Positions 20,232 through 29,932 of a stretch of 64,000 bases of DNA are shown here, one piece after another (positions within the stretch are counted from its first letter, which is position 1; the number at the start of each line of letters is the position of its first letter). The notes beneath the pieces were generated by a model. That model was not told the DNA's origin. It was given only the letters and a program-made list of their open reading frames with translations, and made no database searches. Source of the stretch: a bacterium (GTDB lineage Bacteria > JAMOTN01); NCBI GenBank assembly GCA_027062325.1, contig JAMOTN010000079.1:361-64360 (forward strand), given 5' to 3'. Both the position numbers and the translations under genes were made by a program.

Positions 20232-22166
20232 TCACTCCTTTATGTGGTAAAATGCTGCAAATTCTTCATAAAATTCCTTAACCTTTATAAGAAGATCCAC
20301 ACGTGCCATCCTTTCAATCTCATTTTGAGATAAAACCATAAATTTATCGAAAAATTGTGCAACCAATTCCCCAAGTCTCTCAAGCCTATCCAACACCAAA
20401 TTGGAATTTTCAAAAATGTCTGGTCTTATAAAATCGGAATCTATTAATTTAAGCATCTTCCCTTCTAACTCAGAATAAGAATAAGAACTCAAAAGTTCAA
20501 CCAAGTTTTCCCCACTCTTTACTTTTTCAACAGTCTCAGAAGCAGCTTTGCTATCTAAAATTCTCTTAATTCTCTTGTAAGGATAAACCAGTTTATCAAT
20601 CCTTTCTTCATCTCTTGCACGTTGCAATAACTCCCCAAATTCAATGGAAAATTTATACCCGTACTTTGATTCTAGCACAGCCATAGCTATATCGGTATCA
20701 AACTTCTCTTTAAACAACCCTAATAACCTTTCTTTAAAAAACTCAAACCCTTTCTCACCCAACTGTTCTCTCAAGAAAGCAACAGGTAAATTCAAAGCGC
20801 CTAATAAAATCCCCAACGTCAAAGCTGCTCTTCTAAAACCAAATGGATCCTTTCCCCCTTTAGGCAACAAATCATTTTCAGCAGCAATTTTGATAAGCGT
20901 CATTTTATAGGCAACTGCAGCAGGAACATATTCCATAGGAGGTAGCTCATCTGCTCGAGTTTTGGGAACATCGTGATATAGCACAACCCTTGCCATCTTC
21001 TCGTCGTATCCCCTTTCTTTCAAATAAAGATACCCAACAAAGTTTTCAAGTTCAGGAAACTCAGAAACAAGACGCGTTTCAAGATCAAATTTAGAATACT
21101 TTAAACCCTCGTAAAGCCAATCTTCAACATCAAGATACTCTGCTAAAAGCTCCAGCATTTTAAGAGAAGCAGTTACCAAGTTTGAGACACTTCCTACTCT
21201 TTTATGAAATATCCTATCATCCAACTTCTTCTGCCAGTAATCAATATCGTACCTTTTATCCCAATTGTAGTAAAACAAAGCATCTTCAAGACGTGCTTCA
21301 ACCACTTTCTCATAACCTTTTCTAACAATAGCACTGTCAATGGGAGCCTCTGCCACTCCCGCAAATTCTCCTCCACCACAGTAGAAAAACTTTTGGGTAT
21401 CTTTCAACACAACTTTTTTCACTTCATCTGGCAATACCTCAAACTTTGAGGCAATATTTCCCTTAACAATCACCGGATCCTCAACACTGTATAGCACCTC
21501 TTCAAAGTGCTCTTCACTACTAAACTCAGTAAGAGCTTCTGCACGCTTTTTTACATCAACTCGATCCCCAAACCTCTCTTTTAATTCTTCTAAATTTTTA
21601 GGCAATTCAACAAAATCAAACCATGTAACTGGATACTCTCTCAAATCATAAAGGTAAAACTTAACTCCATCATCACTCCAAACATTCACAGCTCTTACCG
21701 GCCTTGGAAAACTAAAATCTGCTGTCCACCTCATACCTTTGGGAAACTCAAGTTTTTTAAGAACCTCAAAAACCTTATTTCCAACAAGATCTGCAACATC
21801 CTCACCACCAGTCTCAATCTCAAAAGCAAGATATTCACGCCCATTTTTCTCAATCCATATTGCACTCTCCAAATCCCTTCCTACCTTTTCTGCAAACTTT
21901 TCGGCCGCTTTTTGCCAAACTCCGTCTTTGAGGGCAACATTTTTAGGTGGTCCAGATACAATCTCTTTCCTCCTTGGAGTCAACCTTTGCGATCTCCATG
22001 AAAGCCAAAATCTTCTCAATGAAATCTCCAATTTTTTATCCTCTGCCTCAACTCCAAGTTCATCTAACCATCCAAACCAATCAAAACTTCTTAGCACTTT
22101 TATAAAACGCAGAGGCATCTCCTCAAAGAGAATTTCCAAAAGAAACACATTCTTTTCTTCTACCAT
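20232..22166 (-). CDS. glyS: Glycine--tRNA ligase beta subunit
   Basis: LLEILFEEMP, GPP, MRW, FPRPVR, ARLEDALF, EFPEL, DPFGFRR; follows glyQ. Confidence 0.93.
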   Translation of the reverse strand: MVEEKNVFLLEILFEEMPLRFIKVLRSFDWFGWLDELGVEAEDKKLEISLRRFWLSWRSQRLTPRRKEIVSGPPKNVALKDGVWQKAAEKFAEKVGRDLESAIWIEKNGREYLAFEIETGGEDVADLVGNKVFEVLKKLEFPKGMRWTADFSFPRPVRAVNVWSDDGVKFYLYDLREYPVTWFDFVELPKNLEELKERFGDRVDVKKRAEALTEFSSEEHFEEVLYSVEDPVIVKGNIASKFEVLPDEVKKVVLKDTQKFFYCGGGEFAGVAEAPIDSAIVRKGYEKVVEARLEDALFYYNWDKRYDIDYWQKKLDDRIFHKRVGSVSNLVTASLKMLELLAEYLDVEDWLYEGLKYSKFDLETRLVSEFPELENFVGYLYLKERGYDEKMARVVLYHDVPKTRADELPPMEYVPAAVAYKMTLIKIAAENDLLPKGGKDPFGFRRAALTLGILLGALNLPVAFLREQLGEKGFEFFKERLLGLFKEKFDTDIAMAVLESKYGYKFSIEFGELLQRARDEERIDKLVYPYKRIKRILDSKAASETVEKVKSGENLVELLSSYSYSELEGKMLKLIDSDFIRPDIFENSNLVLDRLERLGELVAQFFDKFMVLSQNEIERMARVDLLIKVKEFYEEFAAFYHIKE

Positions 22167-22202
22167 TCTAATCGCCTCCTAAAACCGTACCCCTCTTGCT
22201 AC

Positions 22203-23048
22203 TTAACCTTCTTTGAAAACTTTTGCAAATTCGGAAGCCATCTTCATAACACGCTTTATGTAATTAGCCCTTTCAACAGTAGACAAAAAACCTCTAGAAT
22301 CCAATAAGTTGAAAAAGTGTGAACACTTCATAACAAATTCATACAATACAAGAGGAACGTCTTCAATCCTCTTAACATTCTTCCAGAATTCCGCCTCATT
22401 CAACTCAAACTCTTTCATCAAAAATTCCTTAGAAGCCATCTCAAAATTGTATATACAAAACTGTTCCTCACTATCTCTCACCAAATCACCGTACCTGTAA
22501 TTCTCATCCCAAGGAATGTCGTAAACCGTCTCCTTACCATTTATAAACATGGCAATTCTTTCAAGCCCATAAGTAATCTCCAGAGCAGGTACTTTAAGAT
22601 CACGCCCACCTACCTGTTGGAAATAAGTGAACTGCGTAATCTCCATACCATCTAACCAAATTTCCCAACCAAGCCCCCACGCACCAAGAGTTGGCGATTC
22701 CCAGTCATCCTCTATCAACCTTAAATCATGAACTTTCAAATCTATTCCCAATTTCCTCAAACTATCAGCGTACAACTTTATACTGTTCTCCGGAATTGGC
22801 TTCAGAATAACCTGGTACTGATAATATTTTTGCAACCTATTCGGATTTTCTCCATACCTCCCATCAGCTGGTCTTCTACATGGCTCAATGTAAGCCACTT
22901 TCCACTCTTTCTTCCTTAAAACTTCTAAAAAAGTAGCCGGTGAAAAAGTTGCAGCACCTTTTTCTAAATCGTAGGGATATATAACGGTTACTCCTTGATT
23001 CCTCCAATATTCGTTTAATTTATTTATCATATCAATAAAGGTAAGCAT
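22203..23048 (-). CDS. glyQ: Glycine--tRNA ligase alpha subunit
   Basis: [44 protein letters not shown] 23048 with GGAGG SD. Confidence 0.98.
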   Translation of the reverse strand: MLTFIDMINKLNEYWRNQGVTVIYPYDLEKGAATFSPATFLEVLRKKEWKVAYIEPCRRPADGRYGENPNRLQKYYQYQVILKPIPENSIKLYADSLRKLGIDLKVHDLRLIEDDWESPTLGAWGLGWEIWLDGMEITQFTYFQQVGGRDLKVPALEITYGLERIAMFINGKETVYDIPWDENYRYGDLVRDSEEQFCIYNFEMASKEFLMKEFELNEAEFWKNVKRIEDVPLVLYEFVMKCSHFFNLLDSRGFLSTVERANYIKRVMKMASEFAKVFKEG

Positions 23049-23071
23049 TCCAACCCCTCCCAGTTTCAAAA

Positions 23072-25603
23072 TCACTCAATAGAAGCTATGATAACTGCAA
23101 GTTTTCTAGCCTTTGGATTATGCGGCTCTTTATCAAATACTTGTCCCAACAGCTCACGCGCAAGTTTTCTTTCAGTCGGAAAATCTTCAATGAATTTTTC
23201 AATCTCATCCAAAGCAACATCTATCTTATCATCCAAAATCAAAAGCTTAATAAACTCCACTCTCCATCTCGGATTAGAGGGATAAAGTTTCATCAACTTT
23301 GTAACCCATTTCATCGCATCTTCATATCTTTTTCTCACGCGGTAAACATTTATCATCGTCTCTATATCATCAGAGCTTAACTCAACATCAAGCTCCACCA
23401 ACCTATCGTAAACCTTCTCCAAAACTCCAATATCCTCCTCTGCTAAAGCTGCTTCTTTCAACCACTTTAAAAACTCCTCTTCCTTCTCAGGAGGCACAGT
23501 AGAGTTAACCCAAACGTGCTTTAAAATCTCCAGCGCACGCGCATAATTTTTCAGCTTAAACAAAACTTTTATAAGTTTTTCCAAATACACATATTCTAAG
23601 CTTTTAAGATAAAGCACTTCTAATAGGAGAATACCCTCTGAAAATTTACCATTATTTATCTTTGCTTCCGCCAATAATTTCAAATACTCTTCACTTTCCG
23701 GATCTACATACTTTAACGCCTCTTCTGCAACTCTTTCCAATTCACTCCACTCAACATCTGAACGCTCTAAATTTTTCAACTTCTTTTTTATAACAGCAGC
23801 TTTTAACTTTATATATGCAAATGGAAGTACAATAGAGAATATCACAACTGCACCAGCTATCTTCAAGAAAATTTCTTTTAATTTTTTTACGGATTCAAGC
23901 AACCTCTTTTCTTTCCTAGTTACATCGTAGTAATTCTTCAAACCATCCTCTTCAAAATGTTTAAAAAACACCCTCTTCAACTTATTAAACTTACCCTCTG
24001 CATTTTTCTTCATCTTCAACAAAACTTCAATAGAAGCCTCACATTTTATCATAGAATCAGAACAATACTCCCTTTTAAGCTCTTCAAGTAAAGATTTAAA
24101 CTTTCCAAATTCTCCCTTTGATAGCAGCCGCTTTGCCTCATTGTACAAACTCCTAAACTTCTCTCTCTTTTGCTTCAGCAACTTATCCAACTTCTCCAAA
24201 CCTTCAGAATACGAAGTCTTCTCAAAAAGCTCCTTAGCTTTATTAAAGTTACCCATTTCCAAATATATCTTTCCCAATTCTACCTTAGCCCATTGATCAT
24301 CAACTTCACTCAAAAATTTTATCCTCTTCTTAACGTCAAACTCAGCAGGATCCAAATATTTAATTAAAACCCGATAAACTTTTTCAGTCCTATTGGAAAA
24401 CGCTATTCTTATAGCATCTTTATCCCGTCCAACCAAAACATTAACCAAGCAAACAAATTCTGGCCTTCTTTTTTCCAATTTCCTCATATATTCAGCAACT
24501 TCTGGATAATTCATTGCAACCTTGTAAAACCTTCTCAAAGCCTTCAGATCTGTCTCAGCAGTGGAGTACTTCGCAGCTTCCAATAACCACTTATCCCCAA
24601 ATTCCAAGGTCTTAGCTAGCCACTCAAACCTCTCAGCATCAGTTCGGGAATAATCCGCCCTCAAAAGATACACGTAGGGATTCTTCAAACCCTTAAAAAC
24701 TTTCATTTGGTTTCGAGCAAACTTTTTTAATCCCAACTTATTTGCCAAATAAGCTATTTTAGGAAGATAAAAATATCCAATCTTCCCCATATTTCTCTTC
24801 ACAAATATTTCAAATTCATTTTTCTTACCCTGGGAAGCTAAAACCTCAGCAAACTCCACTACAACCTCCATAAGCAATCTTTTCCTTAGAATATTCGCAA
24901 GTATAGCTGTCGCTTCTCGATACTTACCCATAAACTTTAAAAGCCTAGCCTTGGCAAAAAAATAGAACCAACTGGCATTGTCAGGGTAATTTGTCTCTAG
25001 GATCGTCATTAGAGATTTTGAAACTTTATAAGCATCTTTTAAAAACTCCAACTTGTAAATTAACCACGCAAATATTTCAGGATACGCATCTGCTTCCGAC
25101 ATAAGAGTAGAATAACTAACCTTTAAAAGTCCCGTACATGAAGCCAATCCAGCCCTCAATAACTTCTCAGACAAATTAAAGGCCTGCAATTCATAAACAG
25201 CTTCAACGAACTTTTCTGGAAACATCAACGCATCCAAGTATTTGTAATGTTTATCGGTTATATACTTTTTTAGTAATAAGCTCCTAGCCATAAGAGAAAT
25301 CCCTACACAGTACTCAGAAAGCAATTCTTTATTTTTCACGTTTATCTTTGGAACTCCACTCAACTCATCTCGATGGAGTTTTGGATTATTCGGAAAAGCC
25401 AAAAACACCGTAAATATGAAATCTATAAAGTGCTTTTCATCGGGAAACTTCTTAAGAAGTAACCTCTTCCAAAACAATCTCTTCTCCAAATCTAACTTCG
25501 CATTTTGAAGTCTCAACTGCAAATTACTTACTTCATCCAACGCTCCTATACAAAAAACAAATAATAAAACCGCCAAAACAACGCATCTCACTACAAGCAC
25601 CAT
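23072..25603 (-). CDS. Large TPR-repeat protein with signal peptide and internal TM helix
   Basis: Many TPR-like helices ([20 protein letters not shown]); central hydrophobic segment [17 protein letters not shown]. Confidence 0.7.
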   Translation of the reverse strand: MVLVVRCVVLAVLLFVFCIGALDEVSNLQLRLQNAKLDLEKRLFWKRLLLKKFPDEKHFIDFIFTVFLAFPNNPKLHRDELSGVPKINVKNKELLSEYCVGISLMARSLLLKKYITDKHYKYLDALMFPEKFVEAVYELQAFNLSEKLLRAGLASCTGLLKVSYSTLMSEADAYPEIFAWLIYKLEFLKDAYKVSKSLMTILETNYPDNASWFYFFAKARLLKFMGKYREATAILANILRKRLLMEVVVEFAEVLASQGKKNEFEIFVKRNMGKIGYFYLPKIAYLANKLGLKKFARNQMKVFKGLKNPYVYLLRADYSRTDAERFEWLAKTLEFGDKWLLEAAKYSTAETDLKALRRFYKVAMNYPEVAEYMRKLEKRRPEFVCLVNVLVGRDKDAIRIAFSNRTEKVYRVLIKYLDPAEFDVKKRIKFLSEVDDQWAKVELGKIYLEMGNFNKAKELFEKTSYSEGLEKLDKLLKQKREKFRSLYNEAKRLLSKGEFGKFKSLLEELKREYCSDSMIKCEASIEVLLKMKKNAEGKFNKLKRVFFKHFEEDGLKNYYDVTRKEKRLLESVKKLKEIFLKIAGAVVIFSIVLPFAYIKLKAAVIKKKLKNLERSDVEWSELERVAEEALKYVDPESEEYLKLLAEAKINNGKFSEGILLLEVLYLKSLEYVYLEKLIKVLFKLKNYARALEILKHVWVNSTVPPEKEEEFLKWLKEAALAEEDIGVLEKVYDRLVELDVELSSDDIETMINVYRVRKRYEDAMKWVTKLMKLYPSNPRWRVEFIKLLILDDKIDVALDEIEKFIEDFPTERKLARELLGQVFDKEPHNPKARKLAVIIASIE

Positions 25604-25619
25604 CTATCCCTCTCCGACT

Positions 25620-25919
25620 TTATCCTCCCTTTCTTTGATAAAAAGCAATTTTACGACCATCAAAGTCCACATCCTCTGTCATTTTTCTGCATTTATCCAT
25701 AGATACAAGCTCAATCTCATATTCTTTAGAAATTTCCTTTACAATTGAATGCAGCTCTTCAGAAGGCTTATCTTCACAAACGATTATTTTAACCTCTCCA
25801 TTCTCTACCTCCAAGCCTTCTCCTATAAACATTATCTTGGTTGCCCCTGCAAACTTAAGTTTTTCAACAACATCCATCAACAACTTCTTAAAACTTCTAC
25901 TTTTTCCTTTAACAACCAT
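25620..25919 (-). CDS. Small hypothetical protein, possibly a degenerate minimal-nucleotidyltransferase fold
   Basis: Strong SD (GAGGGGGAGAGGG); LK..GATKIMFIG pattern; 99 aa. Confidence 0.5.
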   Translation of the reverse strand: MVVKGKSRSFKKLLMDVVEKLKFAGATKIMFIGEGLEVENGEVKIIVCEDKPSEELHSIVKEISKEYEIELVSMDKCRKMTEDVDFDGRKIAFYQRKGG

Positions 25920-25955
25920 ATTAACCCTCTCCCCCTCAAAACAAATAAATTCGAG

Positions 25956-26029
25956 TGCGCCTGCCGGGACTTGAACCCGGAACCCCCAGCTCCGGAGGCT
26001 GGTGCTCTATCCAGTTGAGCTACAGGCGC
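25956..26029 (-). tRNA. tRNA-Arg(CCG)
   Basis: Cloverleaf GCGCCTG...CAGGCGC-A; anticodon arm CCAGC-CTCCGGA-GCTGG; TTCAAGT T-loop; no encoded CCA. Confidence 0.96.
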
Positions 26030-26047
26030 ACCCTCATACTTTTCAAA

Positions 26048-26671
26048 CTAAAATTTTTTCATTACGCCTACTCTGAAAAAAGTCTCCTCCATATCCTCAT
26101 TTGTCGCTCCATCATCATCGTAATCCCTGTAAGCTGCCTCTATAAACAATGAAACATCCCTGTTGGTAAAAACCTTACCGCTGATAAACTTTACTCCAAC
26201 TCCCCAAAAATCCCAATCAATATCTCCACTCTCAGCTCCACCATATTCACCATACACCTCAACAGTGGAACCTGTAACTTCACGAACCCAATAAACCCTG
26301 AAAGCTCCACTCTCAAAGTCAGAAGAGTTATCTATGTCCCATTTTCTGTACAATCCCCCAACCCAAAGAGTAGAATCTTCTCTCATTTCATCTATCCTGA
26401 CTCTCCCTTCAAACTCAAAAACGGTGGTATCTTCGCTCTTTTCTGCTACTCCAGGAGCATCCACATCAGTCTGTCCAAATGCAACGCTTCCCATCACAGC
26501 TATATTGTCTTTAGCAAACTTTGCGTAAAGCTCTCCCCCATCAAACTGCAATTTAGTTCCCGCTCCATCCGGATCAAGATTTGAATAATAATAGTTAATA
26601 CCCGCATCAAAAGCAAACCCTGCACCTGCTATCAATAACAATCCCACCAGCACCAGCCTGATTAACTTCAT
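26048..26671 (-). CDS. Small outer-membrane beta-barrel protein
   Basis: Signal peptide (MKLIRL...AGAGFA); alternating amphipathic beta strands; terminal Phe; ATG 26671 with GGAGG SD. Confidence 0.75.
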   Translation of the reverse strand: MKLIRLVLVGLLLIAGAGFAFDAGINYYYSNLDPDGAGTKLQFDGGELYAKFAKDNIAVMGSVAFGQTDVDAPGVAEKSEDTTVFEFEGRVRIDEMREDSTLWVGGLYRKWDIDNSSDFESGAFRVYWVREVTGSTVEVYGEYGGAESGDIDWDFWGVGVKFISGKVFTNRDVSLFIEAAYRDYDDDGATNEDMEETFFRVGVMKKF

Positions 26672-26723
26672 TCCAACCCCTCCCATTCCAATAATTATTG
26701 CATAAGCATTTATAATAGTTTGT

Positions 26724-27884
26724 TTACCACAATTCTCTAAACTTTGAAAGCTTTTTCTTAAACCTCTGCAGCACAACTTCATCAACTTCCACTTCAAGAT
26801 TCTCCTCAATAGTGTCCACATATCTTGCCACAAAATCCTTTATACCAACCCTATCAAACTCATACATCACCTTTACTGCTCCCTTTAAAGCTAAAGAGCT
26901 TATAACTTTCCAAAAGTCCTCTATACCAATATCCTCTACAGCCTGCACTATATACCTTAATTCTGTAAATACCTCTTCCCATACATGTTCTCTATTATAT
27001 CCCCGTCTCACTAGTTCATCATACACAGCCTTTATGAGGTAAAACACTCCCCCACATAACACCAATGCCTCAGTACTCAAATCCACAACAGCTTCAGCTT
27101 TAGCCGGATTATTTGAATAATGAAATGCTCGCTTCGGTTTCAAAGCCGCCATAAACCACTTCAATTTATCAGAAGCAAATCCTGTTCTATCCTTCTCAAC
27201 TCCAACAACAGCGGCCCAATCCTCCATCTCAAGGCGAGAAGCTATAACTTTAGGAGCAAATATTAGCACATCACTTTCTTCTATCTCCAACTTTTCAGGA
27301 TACCTAGCTGGAGTAAATCCACATAAAAAAACTAGTGCCTTTTTTCTCAAAGCATCTGCATTTTTTTCTATAAACTCAACATGTCTCTCATCCGGAAATG
27401 CAAAAACAACAAAGTCAGAATCATCTTTATAAAACTCCTCTACAGTCCTTGCTGTGTAACCACTCTCTTTAAGATTTTCTGCCACCTCTTTTCGGGGCAC
27501 ATAAATTCTAACCCGTGCCCCAGATTTCATCAAAATCTTACTGAAAACCTTTCCCATATTTCCGTAGCCAACTATTGCAACTCTATCCATAAAATCTATT
27601 CTCATAAAAGAATGATCAGATATTCTTTCCAATACCTCACGCGTAAAACCTATGGCCTTAAATGACAAGTCCTCATTCACCACATCCAAAGCTAACGCAT
27701 CAGCTTCCTTTAAAATTTCCGAAAAAGCAAAGTAGAAGTTTTCTCCGTATTTAGGATACGAATTTACAAAAATTACCTCTCCTATATCTTTTCCACGAAT
27801 AATACTAGCTTTTACCTTTTCCCAATCCCTTCTAGTCTTAACAACTACTCTTTTTACCTCACTACTTCCTACACTTTCTACCAC
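26724..27884 (-). CDS. Divergent ketol-acid reductoisomerase (IlvC)-like protein with N-terminal extension
   Basis: VAIVGYG Rossmann motif, PDE, APK, E...DL..E..VLCGG, GY......E...EL. Confidence 0.75.
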   Translation of the reverse strand: MVESVGSSEVKRVVVKTRRDWEKVKASIIRGKDIGEVIFVNSYPKYGENFYFAFSEILKEADALALDVVNEDLSFKAIGFTREVLERISDHSFMRIDFMDRVAIVGYGNMGKVFSKILMKSGARVRIYVPRKEVAENLKESGYTARTVEEFYKDDSDFVVFAFPDERHVEFIEKNADALRKKALVFLCGFTPARYPEKLEIEESDVLIFAPKVIASRLEMEDWAAVVGVEKDRTGFASDKLKWFMAALKPKRAFHYSNNPAKAEAVVDLSTEALVLCGGVFYLIKAVYDELVRRGYNREHVWEEVFTELRYIVQAVEDIGIEDFWKVISSLALKGAVKVMYEFDRVGIKDFVARYVDTIEENLEVEVDEVVLQRFKKKLSKFRELW

Positions 27885-27912
27885 TATCTACTACCCCTTC
27901 TCAAATAATTTT

Positions 27913-28944
27913 TTATCCAAACAATACCTTAAAGTCTTCATACTGGCTTATAGGAACAGTTTTTAACTCAGCAACAGCATCCTCGAGCGCAACATCAACA
28001 ACATCGCTACCATGCAAAGCTGCCATGCGCCCAAATTTTGAAGCAAGTACAAGCTCTCCTGCTTTTAAACCATATCTCAAACCAAGCATTCTATCAAAGG
28101 CACTTGGGGCACCTCCACGCTGAACATGTCCCAATATAACGCTTCTTACTTCTTTTTCTCCACGCTTTTTGAATTCCTTCTCAATTGCTTTGGCGATTCC
28201 ACCAAGTCTAACGTGTCCAAACTCATCAAGCTCTGTATCCTGCAATACTTCTCCTTCAGCAAGTCTTGCCCCTTCTGCCACTGCAATTATGGTGTAAACC
28301 TCTCCTCTCTCACGACGTCTTCTTACAACATCCACTAACTCATCTATCGTAAACGGCACCTCTGGAATAACAACATAATGAGCACCACCTGCAACTCCAC
28401 CGTAAAGAGCAAGCCATCCAGCATGCCTTCCCATTATCTCAACAATCATCGTTCTCTGATGAGAACGAGCAGTCGTGTGTAATCTATCCAAACTCTCTGC
28501 AATTATGTTGACCGCCGTGTCAAACCCAAAAGTTATGTCAGTCGCAGAAAGATCATTGTCAATAGTCTTTGGTACTCCAACTATTGGCAGCCCTTCCTCA
28601 TTTGAAAGCTTGTTCGCAACTCCAAGAGTATCCTCTCCACCTATTGCAACAAGCGCATCCAATCCCATCTTTTCAAAATTCTCAACAACTTTTTTTACAC
28701 CGTCTTCTTTTTTGTAGGGATTAGTACGTGAGGTAAATATTATAGTTCCACCTGTGCGATGAATATCTGATACATCTTCTCTTTTTAACTCAACATAGTC
28801 TCCTTCTATCATTCCAGCCCATCCTCTTCTTACTCCTATAACTTCCCAGCCTTCTGCCATGAGCCTTTCTGCAACCGCTCTTATCACCGCATTCAATCCA
28901 GGGCAATCTCCTCCACCTGTCAAAATTCCAACTCTCTTACCCAT
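27913..28944 (-). CDS. pfkA: 6-phosphofructokinase, group III, predicted PPi-dependent
   Basis: TGGGDCPGLN, GGEDT, PKTIDND, EIMGRHAGW, LGHVQRGG. Confidence 0.95.
   Translation of the reverse strand: MGKRVGILTGGGDCPGLNAVIRAVAERLMAEGWEVIGVRRGWAGMIEGDYVELKREDVSDIHRTGGTIIFTSRTNPYKKEDGVKKVVENFEKMGLDALVAIGGEDTLGVANKLSNEEGLPIVGVPKTIDNDLSATDITFGFDTAVNIIAESLDRLHTTARSHQRTMIVEIMGRHAGWLALYGGVAGGAHYVVIPEVPFTIDELVDVVRRRRERGEVYTIIAVAEGARLAEGEVLQDTELDEFGHVRLGGIAKAIEKEFKKRGEKEVRSVILGHVQRGGAPSAFDRMLGLRYGLKAGELVLASKFGRMAALHGSDVVDVALEDAVAELKTVPISQYEDFKVLFG
28837..28882. repeat. Arm 1 of a 46-bp inverted repeat (inside pfk codons 21-36)
   Basis: Reverse complement AAGAGCGGTTGCAGAAAGGCTCATGGCAGAAGGCTGGGAAGTTATA matches 29887-29932 at 44/46. 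Confidence 0.95.
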
Positions 28945-28995
28945 CATTATCCCTCCTTTGAACAATTCTAATTTGTTAATGATTAGTTAATTCTC

Positions 28996-29430
28996 TCAAA
29001 TCCTTGCCTGTATTATCGCAGTAACTCCAACTCCAACTACCCTATTTGCCTTAAGAGGATTGGTTGAATCCACAGGAACAACTATCTTAACATCCCAACG
29101 TCCCTTCGTTTTAAAATCAGTCTGAATCATCATAACTGCTTTTACATCTTTCAACTTATCCTCCGGTCCAGACACCTGAGCCGCTCCAACGTAGGTTCTT
29201 TTATCAAAAGTTATCATAGGAACAACTTTCGTCATCTCCTTGGCAGCTAGTCCTCTATTGGCCGTAATTGTGTTTATAAAGTTATTCAATTCATCTGCTA
29301 TCTCCTTTATAACAGCAGCTGTAACAACCGTTTTGGCAGTTTTTCTAAAAAGATCCTTTAATTTAAATGCATTGGTAGTGTACGCAATAAACAACACCAT
29401 AACCATGAGCGAAGCAATCCACTTTCTCAT
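28996..29430 (-). CDS. Secreted hypothetical protein
   Basis: Signal peptide; KVVP..GAAQVSGP..RVVGVGVTAII pattern; GGAGGGG SD. Confidence 0.75.
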   Translation of the reverse strand: MRKWIASLMVMVLFIAYTTNAFKLKDLFRKTAKTVVTAAVIKEIADELNNFINTITANRGLAAKEMTKVVPMITFDKRTYVGAAQVSGPEDKLKDVKAVMMIQTDFKTKGRWDVKIVVPVDSTNPLKANRVVGVGVTAIIQARI

Positions 29431-29534
29431 AACCATCCCCTCCAATCACAAAACTATTACATGCAGTCTAATTATAGGCAAAACAACCACCAATATAATA
29501 ATACCAGCTAAAAAATAAATTTAAAAAGTGAAAA

Positions 29535-29870
29535 GCGGGTGGGCGGTAAGCCGGATTCTGTTATCGAGGAGCATCTGTCTGGGGAAAGAGTTGCCTCTTT
29601 CCTCAAGCGAGCCACCTGGAGTGTAGGCAGGAGCCAGCCCACTCCATTTGCTCTTGCTCAGGGCAGGGGTTACAGTGCCGTCGCTGCTTACGCAGGACGC
29701 GGTGGGCTCTTACCCCACCTTTTCACCTTTTCCCACTGAAAAACTCAGCAGGTAGTCTGTTTTCTGTTGCCCTTACCCATCGTCACCGATGCCGGCTTTT
29801 AACCGGTACCCGCTCCGTTCAGAGTCCGGACTTTCCTCTGGAAAATCCCAGCGCTCCTCTACCCACCCGC
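29535..29870 (-). ncRNA. rnpB: RNase P RNA (bacterial type A-like)
   Basis: GAGGAAAGTCCGGACTC near the 5' end; GCAACAGAAA; GGTGAAAAGGTGGGGTAAGAGCCCACC; AACAGAATCCGGCTTA near the 3' end; P1 pairing GCGGGTGGG/CCCACCCGC. Confidence 0.96.
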
Positions 29871-29876
29871 TATTAA

Positions 29877-29882
29877 ATTATA
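29877..29882 (-). promoter_or_regulatory. Putative -10 box (TATAAT) of rnpB
   Basis: Perfect TATAAT 6 nt upstream of the P1 5' end; no canonical -35 (that position lies in the repeat arm). Confidence 0.5.
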
Positions 29883-29886
29883 AACA

Positions 29887-29932
29887 AAGAGCAGTTGCAG
29901 AAAGGCTCATAGCAGAAGGCTGGGAAGTTATA
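29887..29932. repeat. Arm 2 of the 46-bp inverted repeat (intergenic copy of pfk sequence)
   Basis: AAGAGCAGTTGCAGAAAGGCTCATAGCAGAAGGCTGGGAAGTTATA; mismatches at 29893 and 29911. Confidence 0.95.

Noticed and set aside
23046..26685. 17-bp direct repeat CATTCCAACCCCTCCCA at 23046 and 26669
   Set aside because: Both copies are SD + spacer + ATG on the minus strand, so convergent RBS sequence is sufficient
27600..27884. GT2 glycosyltransferase remnant as the N-domain of the IlvC-like protein (EVIFVN..., FTREVLERI)
   Set aside because: Resemblance is limited to a few residues and the region is too short; not supportable without a profile search
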